From: an uncultured Nitrososphaeria archaeon
Lineage (GTDB): Archaea; Thermoproteota; Nitrososphaeria; Geothermarchaeales; JDFR-13
DNA length: 58,306 bases
Reading direction: 5' to 3'
NCBI GenBank assembly: GCA_964529905.1
Contig: CAZGXJ010000005.1
Location: 1-58,306 of the forward strand
In this document: positions 29,435 through 38,793 of the stretch, piece by piece
Position numbering within the stretch: the stretch's first letter is position 1
Layout of the letters: every line of letters begins with the position of its first letter
Program-made: the position numbers and the translations under genes
The notes under the pieces: generated by a model
Database searches by the model: none
The model's input: only the letters and a program-made list of their open reading frames with translations
Told to the model about the DNA's origin: nothing

Positions 29435-29791
29435 ATGAGCCCTTGTAACTTTAAAAGATCATTTAAAAAAATATTAAATATATCTTTCCTTACAGAGACC
29501 CAGATCAAAACTTTAATTTGTGATGCTGAAATAAAAGGTAAAAAGGTCATAATTGATAAAAAGGTAATATCAAAGGGATCTTACTATCGAACAAGAAATC
29601 AAGCAATTCAGAATATAGTAAGAAGTATCATGACACTAGCTGTGATATCATATCACGATATTATAAATCCTAATGATGTTGCAAATCTAATTATAATGAT
29701 ATCATCACTTATAGAGGAAGACATTGATACACAAGACATTGGACTCACAATAACTCGTTTTATAAAAACAAAGTTGAGAGAAATAAAGTGA
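29435..29791 (+). CDS. Origin-adjacent hypothetical protein, HTH-like
   Basis: FLT..Q and ISKGSYYRT..QA..NI..SI.T recognition-helix-like segment; GGTG SD. Confidence 0.6.
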   Translation: MSPCNFKRSFKKILNISFLTETQIKTLICDAEIKGKKVIIDKKVISKGSYYRTRNQAIQNIVRSIMTLAVISYHDIINPNDVANLIIMISSLIEEDIDTQDIGLTITRFIKTKLREIK

Positions 29792-29878
29792 ACCCCAATT
29801 CATTATCATGATACCGAATAGTTGTGACTACCTATAGCATCATTTTTAAAATATCATGTGACGTAAATAATTTTTAGA

Positions 29879-30412
29879 ATGACATCATTATTTGAAATCA
29901 CGATATCAATTTTTGTCGTATCAACGGCTATATCTATCATCATTATAATGAGACAAATAGGGTCTTTAAAGAAAGCAGGTAGGTACTCTCAAAGGTCTCA
30001 ACTTATGATTATAGAGAATAGACTCAACTCAATCACAGTAGAGTTAGAAAAAATCAAACAACAGATCTCCGGCCTTGAAATAAAGCTGAAAACAGAAGAA
30101 GGAACAGAAAAAAGGAAAATCACCAAAACTAGAGAAATTAAAACCTCCACTGAGACTAAAAAAGCTAAATATCCATCGTCAGAAGAATATCTTTCGAGCA
30201 TAGAGATTGAGACATTGAAGATAATAGGTGAGGAAGGTGAGGTAACATCATCACAATTAACAAAAATATTGAATAGATCAAGAGAGCATATCTCTAGAAC
30301 ACTTAAGTCCCTCTATGAAAAAGGATATCTTGAAAGGATTGAAACACAGAGACCATTTAGATACAAACTTTCTCAAAAAGCGATGGAGGCATTAGAAAAG
30401 GTTATAGGTTAA
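29879..30412 (+). CDS. Membrane-anchored coiled-coil plus C-terminal winged-HTH protein
   Basis: Hydrophobic N-terminal helix, heptad segment, LS..E...L...T..QL...L.RSREHISR.LK.L...GYL.R....PF.Y. Confidence 0.8.
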   Translation: MTSLFEITISIFVVSTAISIIIIMRQIGSLKKAGRYSQRSQLMIIENRLNSITVELEKIKQQISGLEIKLKTEEGTEKRKITKTREIKTSTETKKAKYPSSEEYLSSIEIETLKIIGEEGEVTSSQLTKILNRSREHISRTLKSLYEKGYLERIETQRPFRYKLSQKAMEALEKVIG

Positions 30413-30791
30413 CTGATTTCAAATATCTAAATTTATATCTTCCTCTCTTTCCAATTCTATCCAATACACCGTATTCATACAACCTATTCAAATATGTCGA
30501 GAGGGTACTTTTAGGAATTTCCTCGTTATACTTCAACTTATATAAGGCATATATATCAGAAAGAGTAAAGTAACTAGCCCCAAACTCAAGTTTTATTAAT
30601 TCCTCAACTTTTTCAATTATCTTTTTATCATCATACCTGTCATTAAGCTGCTGAATATGACTTGAGGTTGAGCTTAGAGACTGCAGAGACTTTAGATATA
30701 AATAAATCTTCTCCGGATCATTATAAGGAATTTCTATTTTGATCTTTGTACCATCTTCATCTTCAAATTCAATTTTCACTTTCTTTGCCAT
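30402..30791 (-). CDS. Winged-HTH protein divergent from oriC/cdc6
   Basis: FT..DI...Y......IPKSTLSTYLNRL...G.L.R.G..G...FR. Confidence 0.8.
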   Translation of the reverse strand: MAKKVKIEFEDEDGTKIKIEIPYNDPEKIYLYLKSLQSLSSTSSHIQQLNDRYDDKKIIEKVEELIKLEFGASYFTLSDIYALYKLKYNEEIPKSTLSTYLNRLYEYGVLDRIGKRGRYKFRYLKSVNL

Positions 30792-31102
30792 TACAAATAT
30801 TCACATTCATAATGTGAAAAATAAGTGTTGAGTATGATATCTTGTAGTTATAATGATACATTCAATATAATCCTGTATTTATTCACATGATTCACATGAA
30901 ACAAAGGGGTTGAGAAGTTCATGTGAAAATTTGTAAATCATGTGAAAGCACCTACCCCTTTATTTCAATTGTTTCAATATGATATTCATATATTAAGTAG
31001 GAAAATTGAAAAAAACCAAGATTCTTGATATATAAGTTGTTCTTTCTTATAACAAGTTGAATTCACAATAAGTTAATTTTTCAGATGAAACATGTGAATT
31101 GA
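30792..31102. other. Putative replication origin (oriC) with inverted G-string ORBs and mini-ORBs
   Basis: TTCACATGAAACAAAGGGGT (30891-30910) faces minus-strand AACAATTGAAATAAAGGGGT (30954-30973); TTCAGATGAAAC at 31080-31091; AT-rich; directly upstream of cdc6. Confidence 0.8.
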
Positions 31103-32317
31103 ATGGGTAGGGGTCATATGTCTAATGATAGGATAGATGACATTTTTGAAGAGGCTTTTAAGGGTAGTAATATTTTCAGAAATAAAAATGTTCTTTTTCA
31201 TGACTATATTCCCGAAAGACTACCTTTTAGGGAGAGTCAGATCAATAGGGTTGCAAAAATTTTTTCTTCTCTTATAAGGAGGGAGAAAGGATCAAACGTA
31301 TTTATATATGGTAAACCTGGAACCGGTAAAACAGCTGTCATAAAATATGTATTAAATAAATTTACTGATTTCGTAAGGGAAAAGGGCATTAATATTCACA
31401 CTTCGTATGTCAATTGCAGGATTGCTGGTACTGAATATAGGGTATTGACATCGATTGCGCAGGATATAGGTCTTCATTTACCCTTTACGGGTTTATCCGT
31501 AGAGGAGGCCTTATCCAGAGTTATATTTAAAATTAAAAATGACAATATTCCCTTCCTAATAATATTTGATGAGATAGACGTTCTTATATCAAGATATGGA
31601 GATAAAATCTTATATTCCCTAACTAGATCCGGATATGAAAGTCTTTCGGTTCCATATGTAATTGTAGGTATATCAAATAATCTTCGATTTAAAGAATATT
31701 TGGATCCAAGAGTTCTGAGTAGCTTAGGTGAAGAAGAAATTGTTTTTAAGCCATATACTGCCAGTGAATTGGAAGTTATTTTACGTGAACGGGCCTCTAT
31801 AGCCTTTTATAAGGATGCAATAGACCTTGCTGCCATTAAATTGGCCGCTGCTTTATCAGCTGCTGAACATGGAGATGCTAGGAAAGCTTTAGACATGCTT
31901 AGAGTCGCGGGTGAGATTGCTGAAGAAAAGGGTGCATCAAAGGTCTCTGAAGATCATGTAAGGGAGGCCTATTCAAGAATTGATGTTGAAAGAACATATG
32001 AAGTTGTAAGATCTTTACCTCTACATTCTAAACTAATTATTTTATCCTTGATCAAGGTAGGTGGTGGACCAATTCAAGCTTCTAAGCTTTTCGGTGTATA
32101 TAAAAGCATATGTGAAAGTATTGGTGAGAAACCTTTATCATATAGAAGATTTCATGGGTTAATAACAGAATTATCTCTTTTAGGAATTGCTAATAGGAGG
32201 ATCTATAACTATGGTAGGAGGGGAGGAAGGATATCTTCTATTAGGATCGATGGAAGCATAAATGAGATTCTAAACATTATTAGGGATGACCCGCTTCTTG
32301 AAGACATAGCTTTTTAG
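31103..32317 (+). CDS. cdc6: Orc1/Cdc6 initiator (likely start 31118)
   Basis: P..LPFRE, GKPGTGKT, YVNC, DEID, RV.SSL, GDAR.A, C-terminal wH. Confidence 0.97.
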   Translation: MGRGHMSNDRIDDIFEEAFKGSNIFRNKNVLFHDYIPERLPFRESQINRVAKIFSSLIRREKGSNVFIYGKPGTGKTAVIKYVLNKFTDFVREKGINIHTSYVNCRIAGTEYRVLTSIAQDIGLHLPFTGLSVEEALSRVIFKIKNDNIPFLIIFDEIDVLISRYGDKILYSLTRSGYESLSVPYVIVGISNNLRFKEYLDPRVLSSLGEEEIVFKPYTASELEVILRERASIAFYKDAIDLAAIKLAAALSAAEHGDARKALDMLRVAGEIAEEKGASKVSEDHVREAYSRIDVERTYEVVRSLPLHSKLIILSLIKVGGGPIQASKLFGVYKSICESIGEKPLSYRRFHGLITELSLLGIANRRIYNYGRRGGRISSIRIDGSINEILNIIRDDPLLEDIAF

Positions 32318-32354
32318 CTTATCTTTATTGTAAGTAGATGGTTTATGTATTCTT

Positions 32355-33809
32355 TCAAGTAATTTTCACCATATATGGTGTCAAACTATTTAGCTCTACG
32401 AGCGCGACTTTCCCTAAATCAGGTTCAATTTTCATCATCTTTTGATACCTGGTTTGTCTTTGAAAGGTGCCACTATTAACACAGAGTATTCCGTATATTT
32501 TTGAGATATTAAATTTATGGGTATGTCCAAAATGAAATAATGATAATCCATCTTTAATTACTAAATAGTCTCTAGATTCTGGGGCTATCTTGGTAGATAA
32601 ACCTATCTGTGGAGCTAAATGAGAGTAATCCAGTAGCAATTTGACCGCTAGATTTATATCTTCTTGCGATATTCCTGGGGTTGAAGACAATATATCTTGT
32701 ATAAAGTCTCCATGGTAAATCAAGGTATTTACATCATGTAAACTTACATTTACAGGATTTCCCAGCATAAGAAATTGATTATCTTCATAGAATTTAGACG
32801 CAAATTTTTTGAATATTGGTGGCTGTGGTAGCGATGATCTACTTGCATCGTGGTTTCCAGGTATAATTAATATCTTATATTTCTCGGGAATCTTTTTTAA
32901 AATCCTATAAGCTTCTTCGTACTGCTGATAAACATCGAATATTTCAAGATCGTTTTCCTGGTTTTTGTAGACGCCTACACCATCTATGATATCTCCAGCT
33001 ATTAGGACATATTTTGTCCTCTTGATCAATTTTTTTAGATCATTATTGTCAGTGTGCCCTCTTAATATATCTATTAAGTTATCAAATAGTTCTATATCAA
33101 AGTATTTACTCCCTATATGTAGATCTGAAATAAGCACTGCATATATTTCGTTTCTCACCTTTCTTTCTTTTGTTCTACCTTTTACTTTAGGTGGAAATAT
33201 ATCGGTAATTATAGCCCTACCTTTTGAGTTTATAAATACCTTTAGACCAAGAACCACATCTAGAGGTGTCTTTATTAATTGTTCGAAAAGCCTAGGGTTA
33301 TTATCTTTGTATAGATATGCTGTAACTTGTCCTGTCAAGTCTTCTATCTCAACTAACATCCTGTTCTGATTTATCCTTTTCCTATATAGTAAACCAGTAA
33401 GTATAACTTCATTACTTCTATATTTCTTATCCATAATGTCAGCGATATTAATAAAATCATCTATTTTTACATACCGCTTTATCTTTTGAACAAGCTGGGA
33501 ATATCTATCCCGTAACAACTTCTCGTAGTCTCCTTTACCTCCTCTAAGTATACTTCCGGGATCAAATAAAACATGTATATTTTCCTCTATAATATAGTCC
33601 TCATTATTTAATTCTTTGGGTTCGGGTAGAAATCTGGATATATCTGCTTTCCTTATTAAAATTTTATCCTGATGCCTTAATATTTCCTTAAATTTCTCCT
33701 GTGTTAGATAGTTGATATTTTCCCTAATAAATGAAATTGCGTCATTTGAAAGTATAAACCCCATTTCATTCGCTATTTTAATATACTTCTCGATCTCCAC
33801 CATAATCAC
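32355..33809 (-). CDS. polB: DNA polymerase D small subunit DP1
   Basis: ED.TG OB fold, SDLHIGS, AGDIIDG, PGNHDA, YHG, HLAP, GHTH, NSGTFQ. Confidence 0.95.
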   Translation of the reverse strand: MIMVEIEKYIKIANEMGFILSNDAISFIRENINYLTQEKFKEILRHQDKILIRKADISRFLPEPKELNNEDYIIEENIHVLFDPGSILRGGKGDYEKLLRDRYSQLVQKIKRYVKIDDFINIADIMDKKYRSNEVILTGLLYRKRINQNRMLVEIEDLTGQVTAYLYKDNNPRLFEQLIKTPLDVVLGLKVFINSKGRAIITDIFPPKVKGRTKERKVRNEIYAVLISDLHIGSKYFDIELFDNLIDILRGHTDNNDLKKLIKRTKYVLIAGDIIDGVGVYKNQENDLEIFDVYQQYEEAYRILKKIPEKYKILIIPGNHDASRSSLPQPPIFKKFASKFYEDNQFLMLGNPVNVSLHDVNTLIYHGDFIQDILSSTPGISQEDINLAVKLLLDYSHLAPQIGLSTKIAPESRDYLVIKDGLSLFHFGHTHKFNISKIYGILCVNSGTFQRQTRYQKMMKIEPDLGKVALVELNSLTPYMVKIT

Positions 33810-33844
33810 TTAGTGTACCACTATCTGTAAAATTAATTAAGTAG

Positions 33845-33960
33845 TGGCGCCGGGAGTGGGATTTGAACCCACGCGGGGCGGGGCCCCATCGGCTGGCCCG
33901 ACGATCTCGAGGCCTAGGCGCTATCATTCTCGACCCCTTAGGCCGCTCGGGCATCCCGGC
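33845..33960 (-). tRNA. tRNA-Ser(CGA) with introns at 29/30 (17 nt) and 37/38 (11 nt); CCA encoded
   Basis: Removing 33914-33930 and 33895-33905 gives TCGGC-CT-CGA-GA-GCCGA, long variable arm, G73. Confidence 0.92.
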
Positions 33961-34090
33961 ATCATCAATCCAAATAGAATAATGTTTATATCTATTTTTA
34001 TCTCTATTGGGGTTTAATCACGTCCTAATTTGTATTTGATAACAAATAAAAATTTATCTTTTACTTCGATTTGATTCTTGATTGGACTGT

Positions 34091-34212
34091 GCGGGGGTTC
34101 CCCTAGCCTGGCCAACGGGGTGCGATTCAATTTTTTAAGTCACTAGGCTCAGGCCCGCATAGGTGGCGGTGGGCTAAGGCCTTCGTGGGTTCAAATCCCA
34201 CCCCCCGCACCA
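34091..34212 (+). tRNA. tRNA-Leu(CAG) with introns at 30/31 (22 nt) and 44/45 (11 nt); CCA encoded
   Basis: Removing 34125-34146 and 34161-34171 gives TGCGG-CT-CAG-GC-CCGCA and variable arm TGGCTAAGGCCTTC. Confidence 0.9.
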
Positions 34213-34654
34213 ACAGTATTAACCGTATTCTAAGTTGTCTCATTTTACCGTTTTATCCTTTGTTTTAGATGATTATAATAAATTCTAAAACTTATGAAGA
34301 TTGATAAAAAGGATTTATTCATTTATCAGACAACAATTAAAGGTATTTTATTATTTCAAGTATCTAACAATTTAAAGAATACCTTTTCTAAATGGAATTC
34401 GTAAGTCCTCTGCGTTTAATCGTCTAAAGGATAATCTGCCGAAACATGCTTGAGTTCTCTAGAATGTTTTTCCTTCAATTCTCCATTAACAAATAATTTT
34501 TAGGTATAGTTATCAATGTATTTCTTATAATTGGTTTTGTCGAAATTGTTCTCTTTTTATCGCTTGGTTATTGTGCTACTTAAGTAATTATGTTTTGTAT
34601 GTAAAATGGTGGGAACTATTCTAAATCAGAATTAAATTGTGTCTTAATTTGTGA

Positions 34655-34728
34655 TGCGGCCGCCGGGATTTGAACCCGGGTCCTCCGGCTTGGGAGGCCG
34701 GCGTCCTACCAGGCTAGACGACGGCCGC
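34655..34728 (-). tRNA. tRNA-Gly(CCC), intronless, CCA not encoded
   Basis: GCGGCCG acceptor stem, CCGGC-CT-CCC-AA-GCCGG, TTCAAAT loop. Confidence 0.96.
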
Positions 34729-34872
34729 GTCCTATTTATCGAATAATATCTTTTTCCTTAAAAAATTTAAGATTACTTTTGTTGTTTTAATCTGGTCCGA
34801 CTATTTTTTGATCTATTCCTTTTTGATATATCATTAAACTTATAATATCATTTTTAGGTGTGGTGGTGAAAA

Positions 34873-35058
34873 ATGGTTGAATGCCCCAGTTGTGGTGGAG
34901 ATATGAGGTTTGACAGAAAAGTCAGAATGTATGTCTGTAGAAGTTGTGGATTAATGATGACTAGGAATGATTTGGATCTTCTGAGAGAAGAAAAGAGGAG
35001 GAAGGAACCTGGGATCATTGATGAATATTTGGATTGGTGGCAGAAAAGGAAGAAATAA
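34873..35058 (+). CDS. Small zinc-ribbon protein
   Basis: CPSCGG...YVCRSCGL, EYLDWW; strong GGTGGTG SD. Confidence 0.8.
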   Translation: MVECPSCGGDMRFDRKVRMYVCRSCGLMMTRNDLDLLREEKRRKEPGIIDEYLDWWQKRKK

Positions 35059-35825
35059 TTATGAGTAAAGCCATCATAACTGTTGGTTTAGCTGGCGCTG
35101 GAAAGACCTGGGTCTCCTTCAGTTTATATGATTGGTTTAGGAATGCTAAACAAGATGTTGCTATTTTTAATCTAGATCCAGGGGCTACGAATCTTCCGTA
35201 TAATCCAGATTTTGACATTAGAGAATATATAGATTTATGGTCACTAATGGAGAAATACAGGTTAGGTCCAAATGGAGCATTGATTTTATCTATGGACTTA
35301 ATGGTCAACCATATAGAAAACTTGAATAAAAAGTTAAGGGAGATGGGAAATTCGTTAGTAGTAATAGATACCCCTGGTCAGATGGAGATATTTCTGTATA
35401 GGGCATCAGGAAAAATAATTTTGGACTCCATGGATGTTGAGGAATCAGTTTTACTATATGTTATAGATGCCGCGTTTGCCAAAGACACCAAAAATTTTAT
35501 TTCAAGTCTTTTACTTGGCGGGTCACTTAAGATAAGGTTTAATAAACCAATGATATCGGTATTGAATAAAATAGATCTACTGTCAGAAGAAGAAAAGAAA
35601 AATTTAATGATATTTTTTAGGAGACCCACCGTCTTAAAATCACATCTTGATAAGCATTATCCTACATTCGAATCTGACTTTATGTACAAAACATACTTAC
35701 TTATGAGAAAATATGATGTATTTACTCATTTCATACCGGTATCTGCTATATACCTTACTAACTTTGACAGCTTGATTAGGGGTATAACAAGGGTTTTATT
35801 TAGTGGGGAAGAGTTCTATAGTTAA
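35034..35825 (+). CDS. GPN-loop GTPase (likely start 35061)
   Basis: G.AGAGKT, NLDPG, LGPNGA, DTPGQME, NKID. Confidence 0.93.
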   Translation: MVAEKEEIIMSKAIITVGLAGAGKTWVSFSLYDWFRNAKQDVAIFNLDPGATNLPYNPDFDIREYIDLWSLMEKYRLGPNGALILSMDLMVNHIENLNKKLREMGNSLVVIDTPGQMEIFLYRASGKIILDSMDVEESVLLYVIDAAFAKDTKNFISSLLLGGSLKIRFNKPMISVLNKIDLLSEEEKKNLMIFFRRPTVLKSHLDKHYPTFESDFMYKTYLLMRKYDVFTHFIPVSAIYLTNFDSLIRGITRVLFSGEEFYS

Positions 35826-35859
35826 AGGGTTTATATAAATATCCATAGATGTATAATTA

Positions 35860-36786
35860 ATGATTATATCAGTCTACTGGATTGTTAATAGCAAAGGTGG
35901 AACGATGTCGAAAGAAGCTGTCGATGTGGAAAGTGTATTGAAAGAGCTGGAAGAGATTTATGAGAAGCTGACTCCACTAGAAGCTCAATATAGATCTTTA
36001 AGGGATAAGTTGAAGGAATTACGAGCTGAAAGAAGGACTTTAATAACGGAGCTTAATAGTAAGATAGATGAAATAGTTTCGCTGGTTAACAAGCAGAAGG
36101 AGCTAAGAAAAAATTATCGAATTATCAGAGAGGAATATAGGATATTAAAAGAGGAAAGAAGACGTTTAATCCAGAGACTTAAGGAATTAAAGACCATAAT
36201 TAGGAATAGACCGAGGCTACCCAAAAAACCAGAGCAACTGAGAGAAGAACTTGAAAAACTAGAGGAGATATATGAAACTAGTAATATGCCTATAAAGAGA
36301 GAGAAAAGATTGGTTGAGAAAATAAAGGAATTATCAGCATATTTAAAAGCATATGAGGATTATGTAAATGCAAAGAGCGAGATCTCTAAAGTAAGAGAGC
36401 AGCTGGATTCAATAAAGTTGGAGGATTATATTGAAAAAATGAAGAAAATAAAAGAGGAATTAGATAAATTACGCCAAGAGGAGCAGATCCTTAAAGAACA
36501 GGCTGAAAAACTTCAGAAAGCTAAATTGGAGCTAGAGAAGGATATTTCTATGTATTCCAAGGAACTGGATAAAATATCAGGTGAAATGAGAGCACTTCAG
36601 GATCGTAGAAAGCAGATACTATCGAGATTCGGAATAAAGAAATATTTTGGTTTGTCCTATGAACAAGTAAAGAAGATCATATTAAGTAAGTCTGAAGTAT
36701 TGGAAAGGGCGTTAAAGAAGCTTGAAAGAGGTGAAAGTTTAACTTTTGAAGAGTTTTCAATTCTTGTGGAGAATGGATTGATATAG
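35860..36786 (+). CDS. Archaeal coiled-coil protein, COG1340-like (likely start 35905)
   Basis: Long E/K/R heptads; LE...ET......E..LV; K..RGE.LTFEEF tail. Confidence 0.75.
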   Translation: MIISVYWIVNSKGGTMSKEAVDVESVLKELEEIYEKLTPLEAQYRSLRDKLKELRAERRTLITELNSKIDEIVSLVNKQKELRKNYRIIREEYRILKEERRRLIQRLKELKTIIRNRPRLPKKPEQLREELEKLEEIYETSNMPIKREKRLVEKIKELSAYLKAYEDYVNAKSEISKVREQLDSIKLEDYIEKMKKIKEELDKLRQEEQILKEQAEKLQKAKLELEKDISMYSKELDKISGEMRALQDRRKQILSRFGIKKYFGLSYEQVKKIILSKSEVLERALKKLERGESLTFEEFSILVENGLI

Positions 36787-36867
36787 TGATATTGTTCTAA
36801 ACCTACATAAGTTAAGAGCTTTAAACATTACTTAAATTAGGTTTATGTCAATTAATATTGTGGTGTT

Positions 36868-37968
36868 ATGGGGAAAGATAAAAAGATATTGATATTAAAT
36901 GTAGACAGAGACAATGATATAGGTCTAAAGACGAGCATTAAAACCCCTATTATTGGATATGAAAAGATAAAAGAGGCCGCTGTGAAGCTTCTTATGAGTG
37001 ATCCTGAAGAAGCAGATGGAAATGCGCTATTTGCATCGTTGAAGTTGTATGATGAATTAAAGGATAGTTACCGTGATATTGAAGTAGCTGCTGTAACAGG
37101 GGTTCCTTCGGGAGGTGTAAAAGCGGATATTAAAATAGGGGAAGAACTTGATAGAGTACTCGAGGTGTTTAACGCTGATTCTATAATATTAGTTACAGAT
37201 GGATATGCTGATGAGGAAATAATTCCAATAGTCTCATCGAGAAGACCATTAATGTCTATCCATAGGATAGTTGTTAAACATAGTAAGTCTATTGAGGAAA
37301 CATATGCGGTATTAGGAAAATATATAAAGATGTTATGGACAGAGTCTCCTTACAAGCAATACTTCATTGGTGTTCCAGGAATTATAATGCTTCTATTTGG
37401 TATACTTTCAATTTTAAATTTGACTCGGGAGGCATTTGTATATAGCTTAATAATAATCGGTTTATCGTTTATATTTAAAGGGTTGGGTATAGATGAATAT
37501 CTTGCCTCATTAAGGCGTGCACATTTCTACGAATATGTAAGGCTTGCCACCTATCTTGGCACAATAGTCGCTCTTTTATCTGGGATCTATCTATCCTATA
37601 CAAGCATAAGTTCGCTTCCTCAGTTTAAAGAAGTAGTTAACAACCCAAGTAAATTTTTAGATTTCGGTGCGATACTACTTGGACATATGATGCCATATAT
37701 AGCTCTTACCATATTAACAGTAAGTCTCTTCCTTATCCTAGGTTTCTCACTCTACAATATTCTAACTGAGAACTATGTAAACTTGTATAGGTATCCAGTA
37801 GCATTAGTTTCTGCGGTTGTATTTTATTTCATTGCTAATGAAGTAGGTAATATTTTGGTAACTCCCGAGATCGGGTTTTCTAGGCTCTTTCTATACATAA
37901 CTGTCGGATTCTTAGCCATCTTCATAACAAGTGCCCTAATGTTCGCAGTATCCAAAATTAAGAAATAA
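36868..37968 (+). CDS. DUF373 family membrane protein
   Basis: VDRDNDIG.K, DPEE.D.N, DG..DE, C-terminal TMs; upstream of uppS. Confidence 0.88.
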   Translation: MGKDKKILILNVDRDNDIGLKTSIKTPIIGYEKIKEAAVKLLMSDPEEADGNALFASLKLYDELKDSYRDIEVAAVTGVPSGGVKADIKIGEELDRVLEVFNADSIILVTDGYADEEIIPIVSSRRPLMSIHRIVVKHSKSIEETYAVLGKYIKMLWTESPYKQYFIGVPGIIMLLFGILSILNLTREAFVYSLIIIGLSFIFKGLGIDEYLASLRRAHFYEYVRLATYLGTIVALLSGIYLSYTSISSLPQFKEVVNNPSKFLDFGAILLGHMMPYIALTILTVSLFLILGFSLYNILTENYVNLYRYPVALVSAVVFYFIANEVGNILVTPEIGFSRLFLYITVGFLAIFITSALMFAVSKIKK

Positions 37969-37980
37969 CTGAGGTGGGGT

Positions 37981-38787
37981 ATGAATATGAAACTATATGA
38001 CCATTTAAGGAAGTTCTTTAGATTTATAAAACTATACTCAATTTACGAGAGGTTTCTCTATACTGATATTAAAAGTGGTCCTATCCCTAGGCATATTGGA
38101 GTTATATTAGATGGAAATCGTAGATGGGCAAGAAAAGAGGGGCTAGATAAAAAAACAGCGTATAGAATAGGAGCCAAAAAAGTAGAGGAAATAATATCCT
38201 GGTCCAAGGAACTTGGTATAAAGAATCTGACATTATTTGTGCTATCTACAGAGAATTATATGAAGAGAAGTGCGGATGAACTTGCCATATTGTTTGAATT
38301 ATTAGAGGAATATTTAAGAAAACTTTTGGATGACGATCCTGAAAAGAATAAGGTAAGAATTAGATTTATTGGGAATTTAGACCTTCTAAAAGATAGAAAT
38401 TTAAAACAATTGATAGAAGAGGTTGAGAGAAAATATTCTTATAGTGATAGTTTAACTGTAAATATTGCTTTCCTATATGGAGGAAAATGGGATATAGTGA
38501 ATGCAACTAAAAGAATAGTTAATGCTGTATTGAAAGGTGAGATCACAAGTAATGATATTTCAATTGAGACTTTTCAAAAATATTTGTCTACTAGTCATTT
38601 AGATAGTCAAGATTTAGATATGGTTCTACGTACAGGTGGTGAATGGAGACTAAGCAATTTCTTATTATGGGAAGCAGCATATAGTGAACTCATATTTATG
38701 GATGTATACTGGCCCGAGTTCAGAAAAATTGATTTTCTAAGAGCTATAAGGATCTATCAACATAGAAATCGTCGATTTGGAGCCTGA
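37981..38787 (+). CDS. uppS: cis-prenyltransferase (polyprenyl diphosphate synthase)
   Basis: HIGVILDGNRRWA, STEN, RTGGE.RLSNFLLW, RRFG. Confidence 0.95.
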   Translation: MNMKLYDHLRKFFRFIKLYSIYERFLYTDIKSGPIPRHIGVILDGNRRWARKEGLDKKTAYRIGAKKVEEIISWSKELGIKNLTLFVLSTENYMKRSADELAILFELLEEYLRKLLDDDPEKNKVRIRFIGNLDLLKDRNLKQLIEEVERKYSYSDSLTVNIAFLYGGKWDIVNATKRIVNAVLKGEITSNDISIETFQKYLSTSHLDSQDLDMVLRTGGEWRLSNFLLWEAAYSELIFMDVYWPEFRKIDFLRAIRIYQHRNRRFGA

Positions 38788-38793
38788 CATAAT

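Noticed and set aside
30800-31098. CRISPR array
   Set aside because: Repeats are 7-9 bp, irregularly spaced and in both orientations; no cas genes
24938-32317. Inteins in DP2 or Cdc6
   Set aside because: Normal lengths and uninterrupted motifs at the usual insertion sites
34213-34654. AT-rich gap between tRNA-Leu and tRNA-Gly as a gene relic or att remnant
   Set aside because: Only very short ORFs and no copy of a tRNA 3' end found
35860-36786. SMC-like ATPase
   Set aside because: Coiled coil only, with no Walker motifs or hinge
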